Below, piece by piece: positions 42,575 through 52,183 of a stretch of DNA of 64,000 bases. The first letter of the stretch is position 1; the number at the start of each line of letters is the position of its first letter. Source of the DNA: a virus; the IMG/VR virus record IMGVR_UViG_3300037475_000122, positions 1 to 64,000 of that record. One strand, 5' to 3'. Both the position numbers and the translations under genes were made by a program. Below the pieces are notes generated by a model that saw nothing but the letters and a program-made list of their open reading frames with translations, made no database searches and was not told the origin of the DNA.

Positions 42575-44799
42575 TTTTGGAATTGGGAATTTTCCGTTTG
42601 GGGGACCGGAGGGGCGGTCGGCTTCAGAAAACGGTCTTCGCATTCGATTGTGAACACGCGGCCGTTGTCGCCTTCCGCAAGAGTCATTTTGAACATCCCT
42701 TTTTCGTGGAGTTGGAGCAGGGTCCGGGGGATGAAGTCCGGCTTGTAGCCGCGCAGCACCTCGGCGAATCCGGGCGAGGACAGCATCGAAATCTTCAAGT
42801 CGGTCGCAGAGCCGACCCACGCCTTTGCGCCCCGGGCAACGTCGGTGAAGTATTCGCCGAGCCACTTGCAAAGGATTTCGGAGAAGGCCGACACCGCGCT
42901 CGAAAGATTCGACGTGCGCTGAAGTGTCGTGTCGCAGTAAGGGGTCACACCGAACCGAGGGTCCGCGCCGTCGAGACAATGCGCGGGAGTCTGCCAGTCG
43001 AGAAGCCAGCGCGCGAACGCCGGGAGTTCCCGCTTCAGCATCTCTCTCATTTCCGTCTGTCCGAGAAATTTGATAGTGCGCGTCGCAGCGCGGAACAGCA
43101 TGAGCTTTTCCAAGATGCTGCCGTCAAGATTAGGAATCTGGTCAATAGAAACAGGGTCATCATTGCAGGTAATCACGATGCGGCCTTGCCATGGAACCAT
43201 GACGGCCTTGCGGAACTTCTCGTTGGCCCGATGCTCCCGGGAGGCAATGGCCCGCTTCACGCCTTCACTGAAAAGCCGTTTCATGGTCGCATTCGACGCC
43301 ATGCTTCCGTCATCAATGACCCAGAGCCCGGCGTCAAAAAGTTCGGAGTTGAAATTGTCGGTCTGCGTCAGGTAGGCGTTGGCCTCAGCGCATCCGCCGA
43401 CAAGCCCGCCGATGATTCCGCGATTGAGGAAGGTCTTGCCGACGTTCACCGGCCCGGCGATGATGACGCCATGTCCGCTGTGCGGGTCGCGGAGGTGACA
43501 TGACCGATAGAAGTATTGCAACCACGCGAGGAATCGTTCAAGCGGCGTCCTGTCCGGCGTGAAAAACTGCTCAAGGAACATTGAGACGAACGGGAAATCC
43601 CCGGACGCGCCCCAAGTGCCGCCGGTCAACTTCGGCTTCACCGCTTCGATGCGGTGCGTGTTCAAAATCATCTTGCCGTTGTGATTGAAAACGCCGTGGG
43701 GGTAAAACGCGCACGACGCGGCCCCGGCGACATACTGATGAAGGTCGATGAACGCGAGGGCCTTTTCGACCATCGAAACGCCTTCCTTGGGTTTCTTATC
43801 CGAGAGCCCGTGATTGACGACAAGCTGCCGCCGGAGCGTCGTCGGCTCCATGCAGCGCACCGAGTTGTCAGGCGCGGGCATGAAGTAGGCGCGGCCGTCG
43901 AAATAGATGTCTTTGACCGCCTTGCCGAGGTGCTCGTCCTCAGACCGCTCGACGAACTCCGCGCCGATGAGGTCGGCCCACGGGTAAAACGGTTTCGGAG
44001 CGTGCGCGGAGAAAGTGTAAAGCCCGGTCTCGCGAACGATGGCGGACTTGGGGGACGCTGAGCCGTCAACCCAGAACGTCGGCCCCTGCGCGCCGACAAC
44101 GAACTCCCCGGGCCACTCGTGAAAGCGGGGAAATTTCTTCCGCATCTCCTCGGCGACGCGGTCCATCGACACGGCGACCTTGCCGAGTTCCTTGGACGTC
44201 CAATCGAATTTTTCGGAGATGCGAAGAACGAATCCGCGAAGCTGCGCCATGGGGACGAGCACCTTAGACAACTGAGTCCAGCGGCATCCGTTCGTGAAGT
44301 ATTTTTCGGGAGTGATGAGTGCCGGTTTGTCGAGCCCGGGGAGACGGTCCACGGGGATTAGCGCCGAAATCTCCTTCAGCACATTGATTGCGAACCGGCG
44401 GGACGGGAAGCGCAGCGGCTCCTCAAAAAGCCAGATGAGACGGCCGTTCCCGGAGAGCGTTTGCTCAAACCAATTCGGTTTGATGTCGCCCATGATTTTC
44501 ATCGCGGCGTAAACGTCCTCAAGGGTCGTCTTGGCGTCGTAATCGACCGCCAGCCCGTGCATGAAAATCGGAGGGTTGGACGCCTCGTCGTTGTTCGTCC
44601 CGCCGTGTAAACGCAGATTGGCTTGGACCCCCTCGAAAAGGGAATAGACGTGGAAGACCGTTTCCGGGTTGTTAATCCATGCGTCGCGAGCCGCCTTGTC
44701 TGTCCGGCACTCCTCGGGCACTAACTCGAACTCCGTGAACTCCCACGGCTTCACGTCCGAGAAGATTTCGACGGAAGAAAGGTTGCGAAGGTAAAACAT
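42571..44799 (-). CDS. Primase-helicase (prim-pol N-terminus plus DUF5906/SF3-like ATPase)
   Basis: AVDYD, GPVNVGKT Walker A, FNS, VIDD, ITCND. Confidence 0.8.
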   Translation of the reverse strand: MFYLRNLSSVEIFSDVKPWEFTEFELVPEECRTDKAARDAWINNPETVFHVYSLFEGVQANLRLHGGTNNDEASNPPIFMHGLAVDYDAKTTLEDVYAAMKIMGDIKPNWFEQTLSGNGRLIWLFEEPLRFPSRRFAINVLKEISALIPVDRLPGLDKPALITPEKYFTNGCRWTQLSKVLVPMAQLRGFVLRISEKFDWTSKELGKVAVSMDRVAEEMRKKFPRFHEWPGEFVVGAQGPTFWVDGSASPKSAIVRETGLYTFSAHAPKPFYPWADLIGAEFVERSEDEHLGKAVKDIYFDGRAYFMPAPDNSVRCMEPTTLRRQLVVNHGLSDKKPKEGVSMVEKALAFIDLHQYVAGAASCAFYPHGVFNHNGKMILNTHRIEAVKPKLTGGTWGASGDFPFVSMFLEQFFTPDRTPLERFLAWLQYFYRSCHLRDPHSGHGVIIAGPVNVGKTFLNRGIIGGLVGGCAEANAYLTQTDNFNSELFDAGLWVIDDGSMASNATMKRLFSEGVKRAIASREHRANEKFRKAVMVPWQGRIVITCNDDPVSIDQIPNLDGSILEKLMLFRAATRTIKFLGQTEMREMLKRELPAFARWLLDWQTPAHCLDGADPRFGVTPYCDTTLQRTSNLSSAVSAFSEILCKWLGEYFTDVARGAKAWVGSATDLKISMLSSPGFAEVLRGYKPDFIPRTLLQLHEKGMFKMTLAEGDNGRVFTIECEDRFLKPTAPPVPQTENSQFQK

Positions 44800-44812
44800 G
44801 GGTTGCTTCAAC

Positions 44813-44842
44813 AAGGTTCCACAAAGCAGGGTGCTTTGTCAA
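44813..44842 (-). promoter_or_regulatory. AACCTT-class promoter upstream of the primase/sigma operon
   Basis: TTGACA-N18-AACCTT on the - strand. Confidence 0.55.
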
Positions 44843-44848
44843 GTCCCC

Positions 44849-46864
44849 TCATTTTTTGTAGTGGGGGATGACCTCAAGCTCGCAGTCAATCGGCAGGCCC
44901 GGCATCCACGAAACCGGGCGGCGCATGATGTCCCGGACTTGGTCCGTGGTGATGAGGGGGTCTTCGACCTCAATGACGGCTTCGTCGTGGACGGTCCAGA
45001 GGACGTTGATTCCGGGGGTCTCGTCGAGCGCCACGCAGCACTGCCCAAATATATCGCGCGCTGTAGCTTGCACGAGATTTTCAGTCAACAGACCGCCATA
45101 GAAGTTTTTCCGGACGATGCCGTTGCGCTTTTGGTCGAACGCGAGGGCCGTGAAGCATGTCTTCGTGACCCATTTGCCCGGGCGGTCGGGGTCTGCAACG
45201 GCCTTGCGCTCGCGCATGACCTCGGGGTAGCGGAGCACCCGGCCGGAGGGCAACTCCATCTCGAAAGTTTTTCCGACGGAGTCCCGGAAGGCGGCATCGA
45301 GCGTCGCCCAGATTCCATCCGGCCCGGCGATGAGCGGATTCTGCTCCCGATACTCTTTCACGATGCGGCGCGAGGTCATCCCGTAGCCGGAAATCATGAT
45401 GGGCTTCCCGGCCATGTCTTTGCAGATTTCGCCTTCCTCGTTGCGCGCTTCGACGAACTCGGGGTCGTCAACGGTGATGTCGAGCCCGGCCATCGTCATG
45501 GCGACGTTGATGAACTTGCGCCAGCCACACCCGAAGCCCAGCCCGAGGACGCGCGCCTTTGCCAGCGCGTAGAGTTCGGCGTCCTCCTTCTTCATGTCTT
45601 CGCCCTTCCATCCCATCGTCGCGATGGCGTGCGCCTGATACGGCGAGACACCGCGCGACATGAGGTCGAGCATGATTTGGTCCTTCACGAACCACGCCAG
45701 AACGCGCGGCTCAATCTGCGACAAGTCGGGGGCCATCATCCGGCAACCTTTGCGCGGGACAAGCAGGCGTCGGACGTCGAGACTGTCGGCCACGTAGGCG
45801 GGAAGAGGTGTGGGCACTTTGGCAGAAACCGTTTTGGCAATCTCCTTCAGCCGGGGCGCGTCGGTGATGAGGTGCTGCCCGGCGTCGAAGTAGAGCGGCA
45901 CCTTTCGCATGTTCTGCATGTTGAAGCCGCCAGAGCCAGCCCAGCGGCCCGTATGCGCGCCGAAATAGAGCAGGTCGTATGGGAAAATGTTGTCGGAGTG
46001 CAGGCGGGACTTCAGCGTCTCCAACGTCGTGATTTGTTTGTTGATGACGCGATAGTCAGTGTATGCCTTGACCCACTCGTATTTCTGATACTGCTCCGCC
46101 CACTCGTCGTAAGCCTCATCGCCGTCCTTCGACTTCACGGGCGGGGCCGGGATTCCGTATTTCCGGCACTCCTCGGCGATTGCTTTCGGCGACGTCGGCT
46201 TGCGCCCGGAGGCGACCCACGGGAGGATTGAGTCCGCGAGGATGAGGGCCTTCTGCGCGGAGATTAGCTGGCGGTCTAACTCCTCAAGATTCATCGCGCA
46301 CCCGCGCATGCACTGGCGCACAGTCATGTCAGAGAGTTTTCGTTCAAGCTCCGGCCAGAGGTGTCCGAACTTCGCGAAAAACTGCCAGCATCGGATAACG
46401 TCCACGCGCCCGGCTTCCATCACCTTTTCCGAGACGCCTTCCGCAACCATCTGGTCCCACGTTTTCCCGTCGGCGTCCTGACGATAGGATTTATCGACCT
46501 TGAGCCCGAGCAAGTATTCCGTCGCCCGTTCGAGGTCGCGGCGCATCGCCAGAAACGTGGTCAGGTTGGCCGTGCAGTGCCACGCCTTGAAATCAATCGG
46601 AGGTGCCCAGCCTCGGCGCACCATCTCGGCATGCACGCGGCGGTCGAAGCCCGCGTTGTGCGACAGAAGCACGTTGCCGCCTTGCAGCGCGTCCCAATTG
46701 AATTGATTACGCGGGCCGGACCAAACATCTGTGCCATCGGTCACCGAAATCAAGTAAGGGTCGAAGCGCGGATGCCGCACGTAGGTTTCCGCACCAAGGT
46801 CCTTGATGCTATACTCCCCCTTGATGTAAAACGTCTCGAAGTCGATGCCGATGATTCTGCTCAT
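44849..46864 (-). CDS. DNA polymerase family A with 3'-5' exonuclease
   Basis: IDFET, HNAGFD, HTGRW, DLSQIEPR, KARVLGLGFG, ENLVQATARD, TVHDE. Confidence 0.95.
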   Translation of the reverse strand: MSRIIGIDFETFYIKGEYSIKDLGAETYVRHPRFDPYLISVTDGTDVWSGPRNQFNWDALQGGNVLLSHNAGFDRRVHAEMVRRGWAPPIDFKAWHCTANLTTFLAMRRDLERATEYLLGLKVDKSYRQDADGKTWDQMVAEGVSEKVMEAGRVDVIRCWQFFAKFGHLWPELERKLSDMTVRQCMRGCAMNLEELDRQLISAQKALILADSILPWVASGRKPTSPKAIAEECRKYGIPAPPVKSKDGDEAYDEWAEQYQKYEWVKAYTDYRVINKQITTLETLKSRLHSDNIFPYDLLYFGAHTGRWAGSGGFNMQNMRKVPLYFDAGQHLITDAPRLKEIAKTVSAKVPTPLPAYVADSLDVRRLLVPRKGCRMMAPDLSQIEPRVLAWFVKDQIMLDLMSRGVSPYQAHAIATMGWKGEDMKKEDAELYALAKARVLGLGFGCGWRKFINVAMTMAGLDITVDDPEFVEARNEEGEICKDMAGKPIMISGYGMTSRRIVKEYREQNPLIAGPDGIWATLDAAFRDSVGKTFEMELPSGRVLRYPEVMRERKAVADPDRPGKWVTKTCFTALAFDQKRNGIVRKNFYGGLLTENLVQATARDIFGQCCVALDETPGINVLWTVHDEAVIEVEDPLITTDQVRDIMRRPVSWMPGLPIDCELEVIPHYKK

Positions 46865-47142
46865 GGGTCCTTTAGATAACAGTGCAACACAAAAGCCCCG
46901 TTGTCAAGGAGCAGCGTCCCGAGGAAACTCCGCGAAGGGTCATATTCCATCGCAACGCCGGTCTCGAATTTCTCGATGACGTAGTCGCGCCGGGGCCACT
47001 TGTCGTCGAAAATTATCTCCGCCCAGACGAAAGGGATGCCCCGCTGAAGTTGAGCCGACAGAAGGTGTGAGCCCTGCGGCAAGTTGATGATGTCCCGCCC
47101 GGCCATCGGCTGAATCGGGAATTTGTGGATGATGGTTTTCAT
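46861..47142 (-). CDS. Hypothetical phage protein
   Basis: Coupled ORF; IHKF..LSAQLQ..WA..TG..FLGT..VLH pattern common in phages. Confidence 0.65.
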   Translation of the reverse strand: MKTIIHKFPIQPMAGRDIINLPQGSHLLSAQLQRGIPFVWAEIIFDDKWPRRDYVIEKFETGVAMEYDPSRSFLGTLLLDNGAFVLHCYLKDP

Positions 47143-47483
47143 GCCCAGAAATCGGGAGGAGGAGTTTTGAATGTGATTTTGGCTTTTGCGACGTGAATCT
47201 TGCCTTGGAAAAAGTGTTTGACCCAGATGTCGTCGCGGTCAGCGCCCCAGCCGCGAAGGAGAAACACGTAGGCCGGGAATTGCTTCGACAGCATTTTCAT
47301 GTCGTCTTCGTGGGCATACCATGAGCACTCCTCGTCGAACGGGTTGAAGCCGTCGAGGTCCGACGAGGAGTTCATCAGCACGCTAACAAAATCCGGTTCT
47401 GGCTCGCCTAGGACCTCGCGGAGCGGGTCATTCAGCGGCTTGTGAAGAATCGGTTCGAGTTTGTAGCGCGTGGAATAGCTCAT
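47139..47483 (-). CDS. Hypothetical phage protein
   Basis: WYAHEDDMKMLSKQFP..F.L.G.G...DIW motif. Confidence 0.65.
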   Translation of the reverse strand: MSYSTRYKLEPILHKPLNDPLREVLGEPEPDFVSVLMNSSSDLDGFNPFDEECSWYAHEDDMKMLSKQFPAYVFLLRGWGADRDDIWVKHFFQGKIHVAKAKITFKTPPPDFWA

Positions 47484-47830
47484 GCCTTGAGGGTGACGCC
47501 GATAGACGGATGACGGCGAACTTTGAGTTGAATGATTTTGCACGCGGCGACTTCCAGCATCGTGCGGAGCTTGACTTGCGCCCGGCCCGTCGTGAACGAG
47601 GAAATCTCTTGGTCTGGCGCGGTGTATTCGTCCACGGAGACGCCGTAGGCGTTCGCGAGATTCCGAATTGTGGCGTCGATGTTCGCTTCGATGTCGTCGA
47701 TGAACTGCTCCGAGACGCGGGTGAATTTTCCGCCGCGCTTCTCCTTCGAGACTTGCAGGGCGAACGCCTTCACGGCGCTTCGGTTGAGGAGGAACAGGCG
47801 GGGGGCTGCGGGTTGTGTGTCTTCAGTCAT
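47480..47830 (-). CDS. Putative histone-fold protein
   Basis: LLNRSAVKAFAL...TRVSEQFIDDIE...RHPSIGVTL. Confidence 0.5.
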   Translation of the reverse strand: MTEDTQPAAPRLFLLNRSAVKAFALQVSKEKRGGKFTRVSEQFIDDIEANIDATIRNLANAYGVSVDEYTAPDQEISSFTTGRAQVKLRTMLEVAACKIIQLKVRRHPSIGVTLKA

Positions 47831-47836
47831 GGTTTT

Positions 47837-48136
47837 TCAGTTTTGGTTTTCGAGAGTGTCCCACGGCGCGAGCGGCACCGACGTCCACGCGTCCGGCTTG
47901 CAGGAGGACGGCGAGCCCTCGCAATAGAATTCCCAGATGAGCCCGGCGACGAACCGGCCTAGGCAAACCCGCGTCGGGTGCCCGGCGCGCGGCTTGAAGG
48001 CCAGCAGAATCGGCTTCGTCGTCTGTGCGTCGCTGTGCCATTGAGGCAGCAAGGCGATTGTCTCCGCGTTCATCCACTCGACCGACTGGACGACTTGGGG
48101 AACTTCTTTGATTGGATTTTTGGCAGTTGGTTTCAT
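47837..48136 (-). CDS. Hypothetical protein
   Basis: ATGA-coupled ORF. Confidence 0.55.
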   Translation of the reverse strand: MKPTAKNPIKEVPQVVQSVEWMNAETIALLPQWHSDAQTTKPILLAFKPRAGHPTRVCLGRFVAGLIWEFYCEGSPSSCKPDAWTSVPLAPWDTLENQN

Positions 48137-48402
48137 TCGAGTTGTTTTTTCAGAGTTGTGATGCAATGCTCCCGGGCGAGCGCGAGCGGCTGAGAGTCCC
48201 CGGCGGCTTCGAGACGAGAGGCCCGGGCGATGACTATCATGCAGTCCACGATTGCGGCGCAATTCGCGGTGTGCCGCTTGTCGTGCCGGGTGCAGGGGCC
48301 GCACATCTCGCGGACCATGTCGGGCGGGACTAACACGCCATCCCGAGAGGCCAGCGGCGCTCCGCACTTGCACCACTTATTGTAAACGTCGCCCTCAATC
48401 AC
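48133..48402 (-). CDS. Hypothetical Cys-containing protein
   Basis: GTGA-coupled; CKC...CGPC. Confidence 0.5.
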   Translation of the reverse strand: MIEGDVYNKWCKCGAPLASRDGVLVPPDMVREMCGPCTRHDKRHTANCAAIVDCMIVIARASRLEAAGDSQPLALAREHCITTLKKQLE

Positions 48403-49019
48403 TCTCCGTCCTCCGGGATTTCGGCCGCTGGCAGGTCCGACTTCATCGGGCCGTGCCCGGGGCCGGGGCAAATCGGCTGGCCGACGTCGAGCCATTTTTG
48501 GGTCAGGCGCACGAGGAATCCGCACGTCTCGCATTCACACTTCCGCATGCGCGTCGTCTGCGGCTTCGGGTCCTTCGGGCACGGGAGAATTTTCGAGTGC
48601 GGGAACGGCCCGAGGGCTTCGGAGATTCCCTTGAATCGGACGATGAGGTCTTCGCCCGCGCTCGTCGAAGTCATCTTGCCTTCGAGCCCGAGTTTCTTTG
48701 CCACCTTGGCAAATTGCGGGCCATGCTTGGCGTCGGGACCGGCGGCGACGTGGCAGACTTCATGCACGAGGGTTGCCAGCACTCCCATCGGCGCGACGAC
48801 GTCGTCGAGCAGCGGCGAGATGAAAAGCTGCGGCTTGCCATCGGCGGCAGTCGAGCCGAACCAGCACTGACCGATGACCAACTTTTTCGGACTCAGCGCG
48901 CCCTTCGACGGCCAGCCGACACTGACGCGAATTTCCGGGATGGTGAATCCGTGCCCAAGGAAAATCGGTCGGAGGTTTTGAACGGCGGCGTCGAGCCACG
49001 CTTCACGATTCAGAGCCAT
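48399..49019 (-). CDS. SprT-like zinc metalloprotease
   Basis: TLVHEVCH...HGPQF and a C-terminal CxxC...C zinc ribbon. Confidence 0.8.
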   Translation of the reverse strand: MALNREAWLDAAVQNLRPIFLGHGFTIPEIRVSVGWPSKGALSPKKLVIGQCWFGSTAADGKPQLFISPLLDDVVAPMGVLATLVHEVCHVAAGPDAKHGPQFAKVAKKLGLEGKMTSTSAGEDLIVRFKGISEALGPFPHSKILPCPKDPKPQTTRMRKCECETCGFLVRLTQKWLDVGQPICPGPGHGPMKSDLPAAEIPEDGE

Positions 49020-49546
49020 ACACCCTCCGCGATGAGTTGGGCGCGCTGCTCGTTCACGATTTTGATAGCGTGTGTCAGGTCCCGGGCAACCGGGTAAAAT
49101 CGCCAAACGCCGGTCGGGGCCTGCTTGTGGGGGTAGCTATCGCGGACCCATGTCAGGATAGGTTCCGGCGCGGAAGAATTTCCGGAATAGTCCACGACCT
49201 CGGATTTCAGGGTGTTGCCGTTCCGGTCCATTTCGACGACGAAGCGCCGATAGTTGTTGGGGAGGTCGTATCGGTTGTCCACAATCCACTCTTGGACGTG
49301 CCAATCGCTTTCGGCGGCATCGCGCGCGGCGGCGAACGTGGAGAAAACTCCAACGACGTGGCAGTCGGAATACTCGCCTTGCTGAGCCGTGTAAAGAGTC
49401 AACGGGGCACTCTCGGCTTCGGCGATGGCGGCGACGGCCATATCGCGCACGGTTTTGGGGTCGATGGGTCCGCCCAGATTCAACCCCTCCGGCCCGCCCG
49501 TCATGTCGAGCAGGGCCTTGCAAGCTGCTAGTAAGTTTTTATTCAT
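49010..49546 (-). CDS. Hypothetical protein
   Basis: GEYSD..VVGVFST motif; leaderless promoter. Confidence 0.65.
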   Translation of the reverse strand: MNKNLLAACKALLDMTGGPEGLNLGGPIDPKTVRDMAVAAIAEAESAPLTLYTAQQGEYSDCHVVGVFSTFAAARDAAESDWHVQEWIVDNRYDLPNNYRRFVVEMDRNGNTLKSEVVDYSGNSSAPEPILTWVRDSYPHKQAPTGVWRFYPVARDLTHAIKIVNEQRAQLIAEGVWL

Positions 49547-49551
49547 GAGTC

Positions 49552-49579
49552 ACTGTGCCACACTTTCGCTCGTTGTCAA
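49552..49579 (-). promoter_or_regulatory. sigma70-type promoter, leaderless
   Basis: TTGACA-N16-CACAGT-N5-ATG. Confidence 0.55.
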
Positions 49580-49582
49580 ATT

Positions 49583-49620
49583 AAAAGAAAACCGGCCCGC
49601 GCGTCCCTTCGCGAGCCGGT
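49583..49620 (-). terminator. Rho-independent terminator
   Basis: ACCGGCTCGCG...CGCGGGCCGGT followed by TTTCTTTT on the - strand. Confidence 0.7.
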
Positions 49621-49636
49621 GCGGTGCGACCGAATT

Positions 49637-50530
49637 CTAGTCGCCCGAGGAGAGGACGCGCTGCACGAACTCGATGAACGCGGGCGTGTTGCGAGCGCCG
49701 GGGGTGAGCACGGGGACGTGCGCGCTGTTGCCGCCGTCGAACGGCTTCAGCTTCGTGGTCAGATTCCACGAGAAGGACGGGTAACCGCCCGCCTTGAGGT
49801 GACCCTGCTTGCGGGCCGTGTAGATGATTTTCGCCCCGCCCGTGTAGGCGGTTTTCTTCATCGACCAGAGGGCCAGCGAGTAGTATTTTCCCTCGCACTC
49901 ATGGGAAAAAACGAGGTGGTCTTCGTCCTGAACGTGTTCGGGCTTCTGCACGAGGAAAAGGCCCGTGGCAAGCCGCTGATACAGCTTGAGTCCGCGCGAT
50001 TTCGCTTCGGCATAGTCGAGCGTGCCGCCAGCGGCGACAACCTCGGCTTCCGATTTGAACACCTTGGCGGGTTCGCCGAACTTCACGTCCTCGACGTATT
50101 TTTTCTTCCGAAACCCGATGACGGTGAGGTTGAGGGGCTTCGTCCCGGCAACGCTCTTCAGCGGGTTCGCCGGAACATGAACCACGAGGGACTGGTTCAG
50201 GGTGATTTCGCCGGGGTTGAAGACCTTGGACAAGTCTCCGATTCCCTGCACGATGTTCAGCGCGGGGAGGATGATGTCCTCGAAGCTGATGTCTTCGTCG
50301 TCGTAGCCGCCTGCGGTGCTACGCGCGACCTCGCCGGGAGGCGGGACCACGGCAACGGCCGTTGACGGTGCGGCAGCGGGGGCCGAGGGAATCGCCGCAA
50401 CGGGGGTTGCGTCAATGACCGTCGGGGCCGGTGCGTTTGCCGCCGGAGTGGCGGTGTTCTGGCTCACGACTTCGACGTCCACGGCGGGAGTCGGGGTTGC
50501 GGTGCCAAAACTGATGCGGTTGCTACTCAT
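49637..50530 (-). CDS. Putative ssDNA-binding / recombination protein
   Basis: DIILPALNIVQ motif, highly biased codons, next to the nuclease gene; inference. Confidence 0.55.
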   Translation of the reverse strand: MSSNRISFGTATPTPAVDVEVVSQNTATPAANAPAPTVIDATPVAAIPSAPAAAPSTAVAVVPPPGEVARSTAGGYDDEDISFEDIILPALNIVQGIGDLSKVFNPGEITLNQSLVVHVPANPLKSVAGTKPLNLTVIGFRKKKYVEDVKFGEPAKVFKSEAEVVAAGGTLDYAEAKSRGLKLYQRLATGLFLVQKPEHVQDEDHLVFSHECEGKYYSLALWSMKKTAYTGGAKIIYTARKQGHLKAGGYPSFSWNLTTKLKPFDGGNSAHVPVLTPGARNTPAFIEFVQRVLSSGD

Positions 50531-50565
50531 TTTTTCTTCTTTCTGTTTTTGGTTTTTGGTGTTGC

Positions 50566-51759
50566 TCAGGAGTCAGCGGTTTTGCTGTCATCCTGTTTCC
50601 GGGCCTGTCGGAGGAACGAATAAGGCGTCCCCTCTTCGACCGCACCCAATGCGAGAGCGGCCAGCCCGAAATCTTTTTCAATCGCGGTCTTCTGTCCGCG
50701 CGGTGCTTCAGTGGCGATGAGCTTTTCCAGCTTGCCGATGTCCACCTTGTAAAGCAAGTCAACTTTGTCCCGGTTGGCCTCGGACAGATAGCTCTTGGCG
50801 AGGTCCCCGAGGGCGCGGGCGTTCACGACGGAGCGTTTCGACTGCGTCACGAGCGTGTAACCGTCCGGGATGAATTCCGGATGTTCGATTGTCTTCGCGG
50901 TCGCTTGCCGCTTGTAAGCCTCGGCCCACGTCTTGACGATGTCGGCCAGAGCGATGCCCAACTTGACTTGCGCTGGGTCGGAGACGAGGGACGGCGTAAT
51001 CTCCGCCGGGACTTCGAGCGGCGCGTATTTCCGGCCGACGGCGATGACCTTAGCGGCGACCGCCGGGCAGCGGGCAATGTGAGCGCAGAACCGGCAGGAC
51101 GAGGAGTTCGCCGACGCCATGGAAAAATCGTCCTTGGCGAGCGTGGCGGCTTCGGCCCGGCGGACAATGGTCGTTATCCGGGTTATCATCCAATTGAACT
51201 CGTCACGTTTAAACGTGTGCTCCGAGACGAAGTCCGCATGCGGCATGATGAAGCCAACTTTGATTTCCTGCAACTTCGGAAAACGCTTTAGGATTCCGAG
51301 CGCGTAGGAAATGCCCTGAACGTTGTTCACAGCTTCCTCGACCGCGTTGTTCCCGAACTTCCAGTCGAGAATTTCGGCGCGCAGTTCGTCGGCGCTGACG
51401 AGCCCAAAGTCGAGATAGCCCGCTGTCGTCCCTTTGAATCTGGTTCCGTCGGGCGCGGTGACAAACTCGTCGTCGATGGGCAAGTATTGCTCCTTGAGGA
51501 CCGTGCATCCGGGGTTGGCCTTGATGCGTTCCTCGCACAGCATGATGCAATCCGTCACCGCCATTGCACGGTAGTCCGGGAGGTCCAAATCGTCAATCCC
51601 TGAATCGACCGCGTCGTGCTGCTTCGTGCCGGTGATTGCCATCTCATGCACGTCGCCGTCGCGCTGCGCGAACTTCGGGCAGGCTTCGCGACACTGCAAC
51701 GAGGAGGGCGAGTAAGGGTGATGGACCCGCGTTTCGGATGTTGGTTTTTCGTCGTTCAT
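50566..51759 (-). CDS. PD-(D/E)XK exonuclease (DUF2800/Cas4-like)
   Basis: HHPYSPSS..CP, GT..H, GYLD, ILDWKFG, Q..SY, CRFC..C. Confidence 0.85.
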   Translation of the reverse strand: MNDEKPTSETRVHHPYSPSSLQCREACPKFAQRDGDVHEMAITGTKQHDAVDSGIDDLDLPDYRAMAVTDCIMLCEERIKANPGCTVLKEQYLPIDDEFVTAPDGTRFKGTTAGYLDFGLVSADELRAEILDWKFGNNAVEEAVNNVQGISYALGILKRFPKLQEIKVGFIMPHADFVSEHTFKRDEFNWMITRITTIVRRAEAATLAKDDFSMASANSSSCRFCAHIARCPAVAAKVIAVGRKYAPLEVPAEITPSLVSDPAQVKLGIALADIVKTWAEAYKRQATAKTIEHPEFIPDGYTLVTQSKRSVVNARALGDLAKSYLSEANRDKVDLLYKVDIGKLEKLIATEAPRGQKTAIEKDFGLAALALGAVEEGTPYSFLRQARKQDDSKTADS

Positions 51760-51983
51760 TTGAGTGAAGAGTCTCGGCCGACAATTTGTTCCCAGACGTG
51801 GGCCAACCACGAAAGAATCGCGGAGACCCGGGTGAAGTAGAACGGCCCCCAGACCGGGTGAAATCCTAGAATCTTGTGCGAGACCACGCGCCAAGCCGTC
51901 GAGCGTTGCGTGTCGCAATTCCAGTTGTCACACCGTTCGAGAGTGAACAAGAGCAAGTTGGTTCGGTGATAGTTTGAGTTCAT
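51756..51983 (-). CDS. Hypothetical protein
   Basis: ATGA-coupled. Confidence 0.5.
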   Translation of the reverse strand: MNSNYHRTNLLLFTLERCDNWNCDTQRSTAWRVVSHKILGFHPVWGPFYFTRVSAILSWLAHVWEQIVGRDSSLK

Positions 51984-52183
51984 TCGCGTATCAAATCATT
52001 AGTTGGCGTCGGCGGGACGGGCGATAGTAGCCGGGCGTAATGCCAGTGTGTATGCGCGCTCCAATGTCTCCCGGGCGGATGGAAAGTCGGATGCCACGAG
52101 TGGCCGGGACCTTTACAGTAAACGTCCCCCTCCTGAATTTCCTCGCCCTCAACTAAGAGGCGATGGCCGGGCGGAGGAATCAT
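51980..52183 (-). CDS. Hypothetical protein
   Basis: HRLLVEGEEIQEGD motif; ATGA-coupled. Confidence 0.55.
   Translation of the reverse strand: MIPPPGHRLLVEGEEIQEGDVYCKGPGHSWHPTFHPPGRHWSAHTHWHYARLLSPVPPTPTNDLIRE

Noticed and set aside
50566-51759. Cas4-like gene as part of a CRISPR system
   Set aside because: No repeat-spacer array or other cas genes; it is a typical phage replication-module nuclease.
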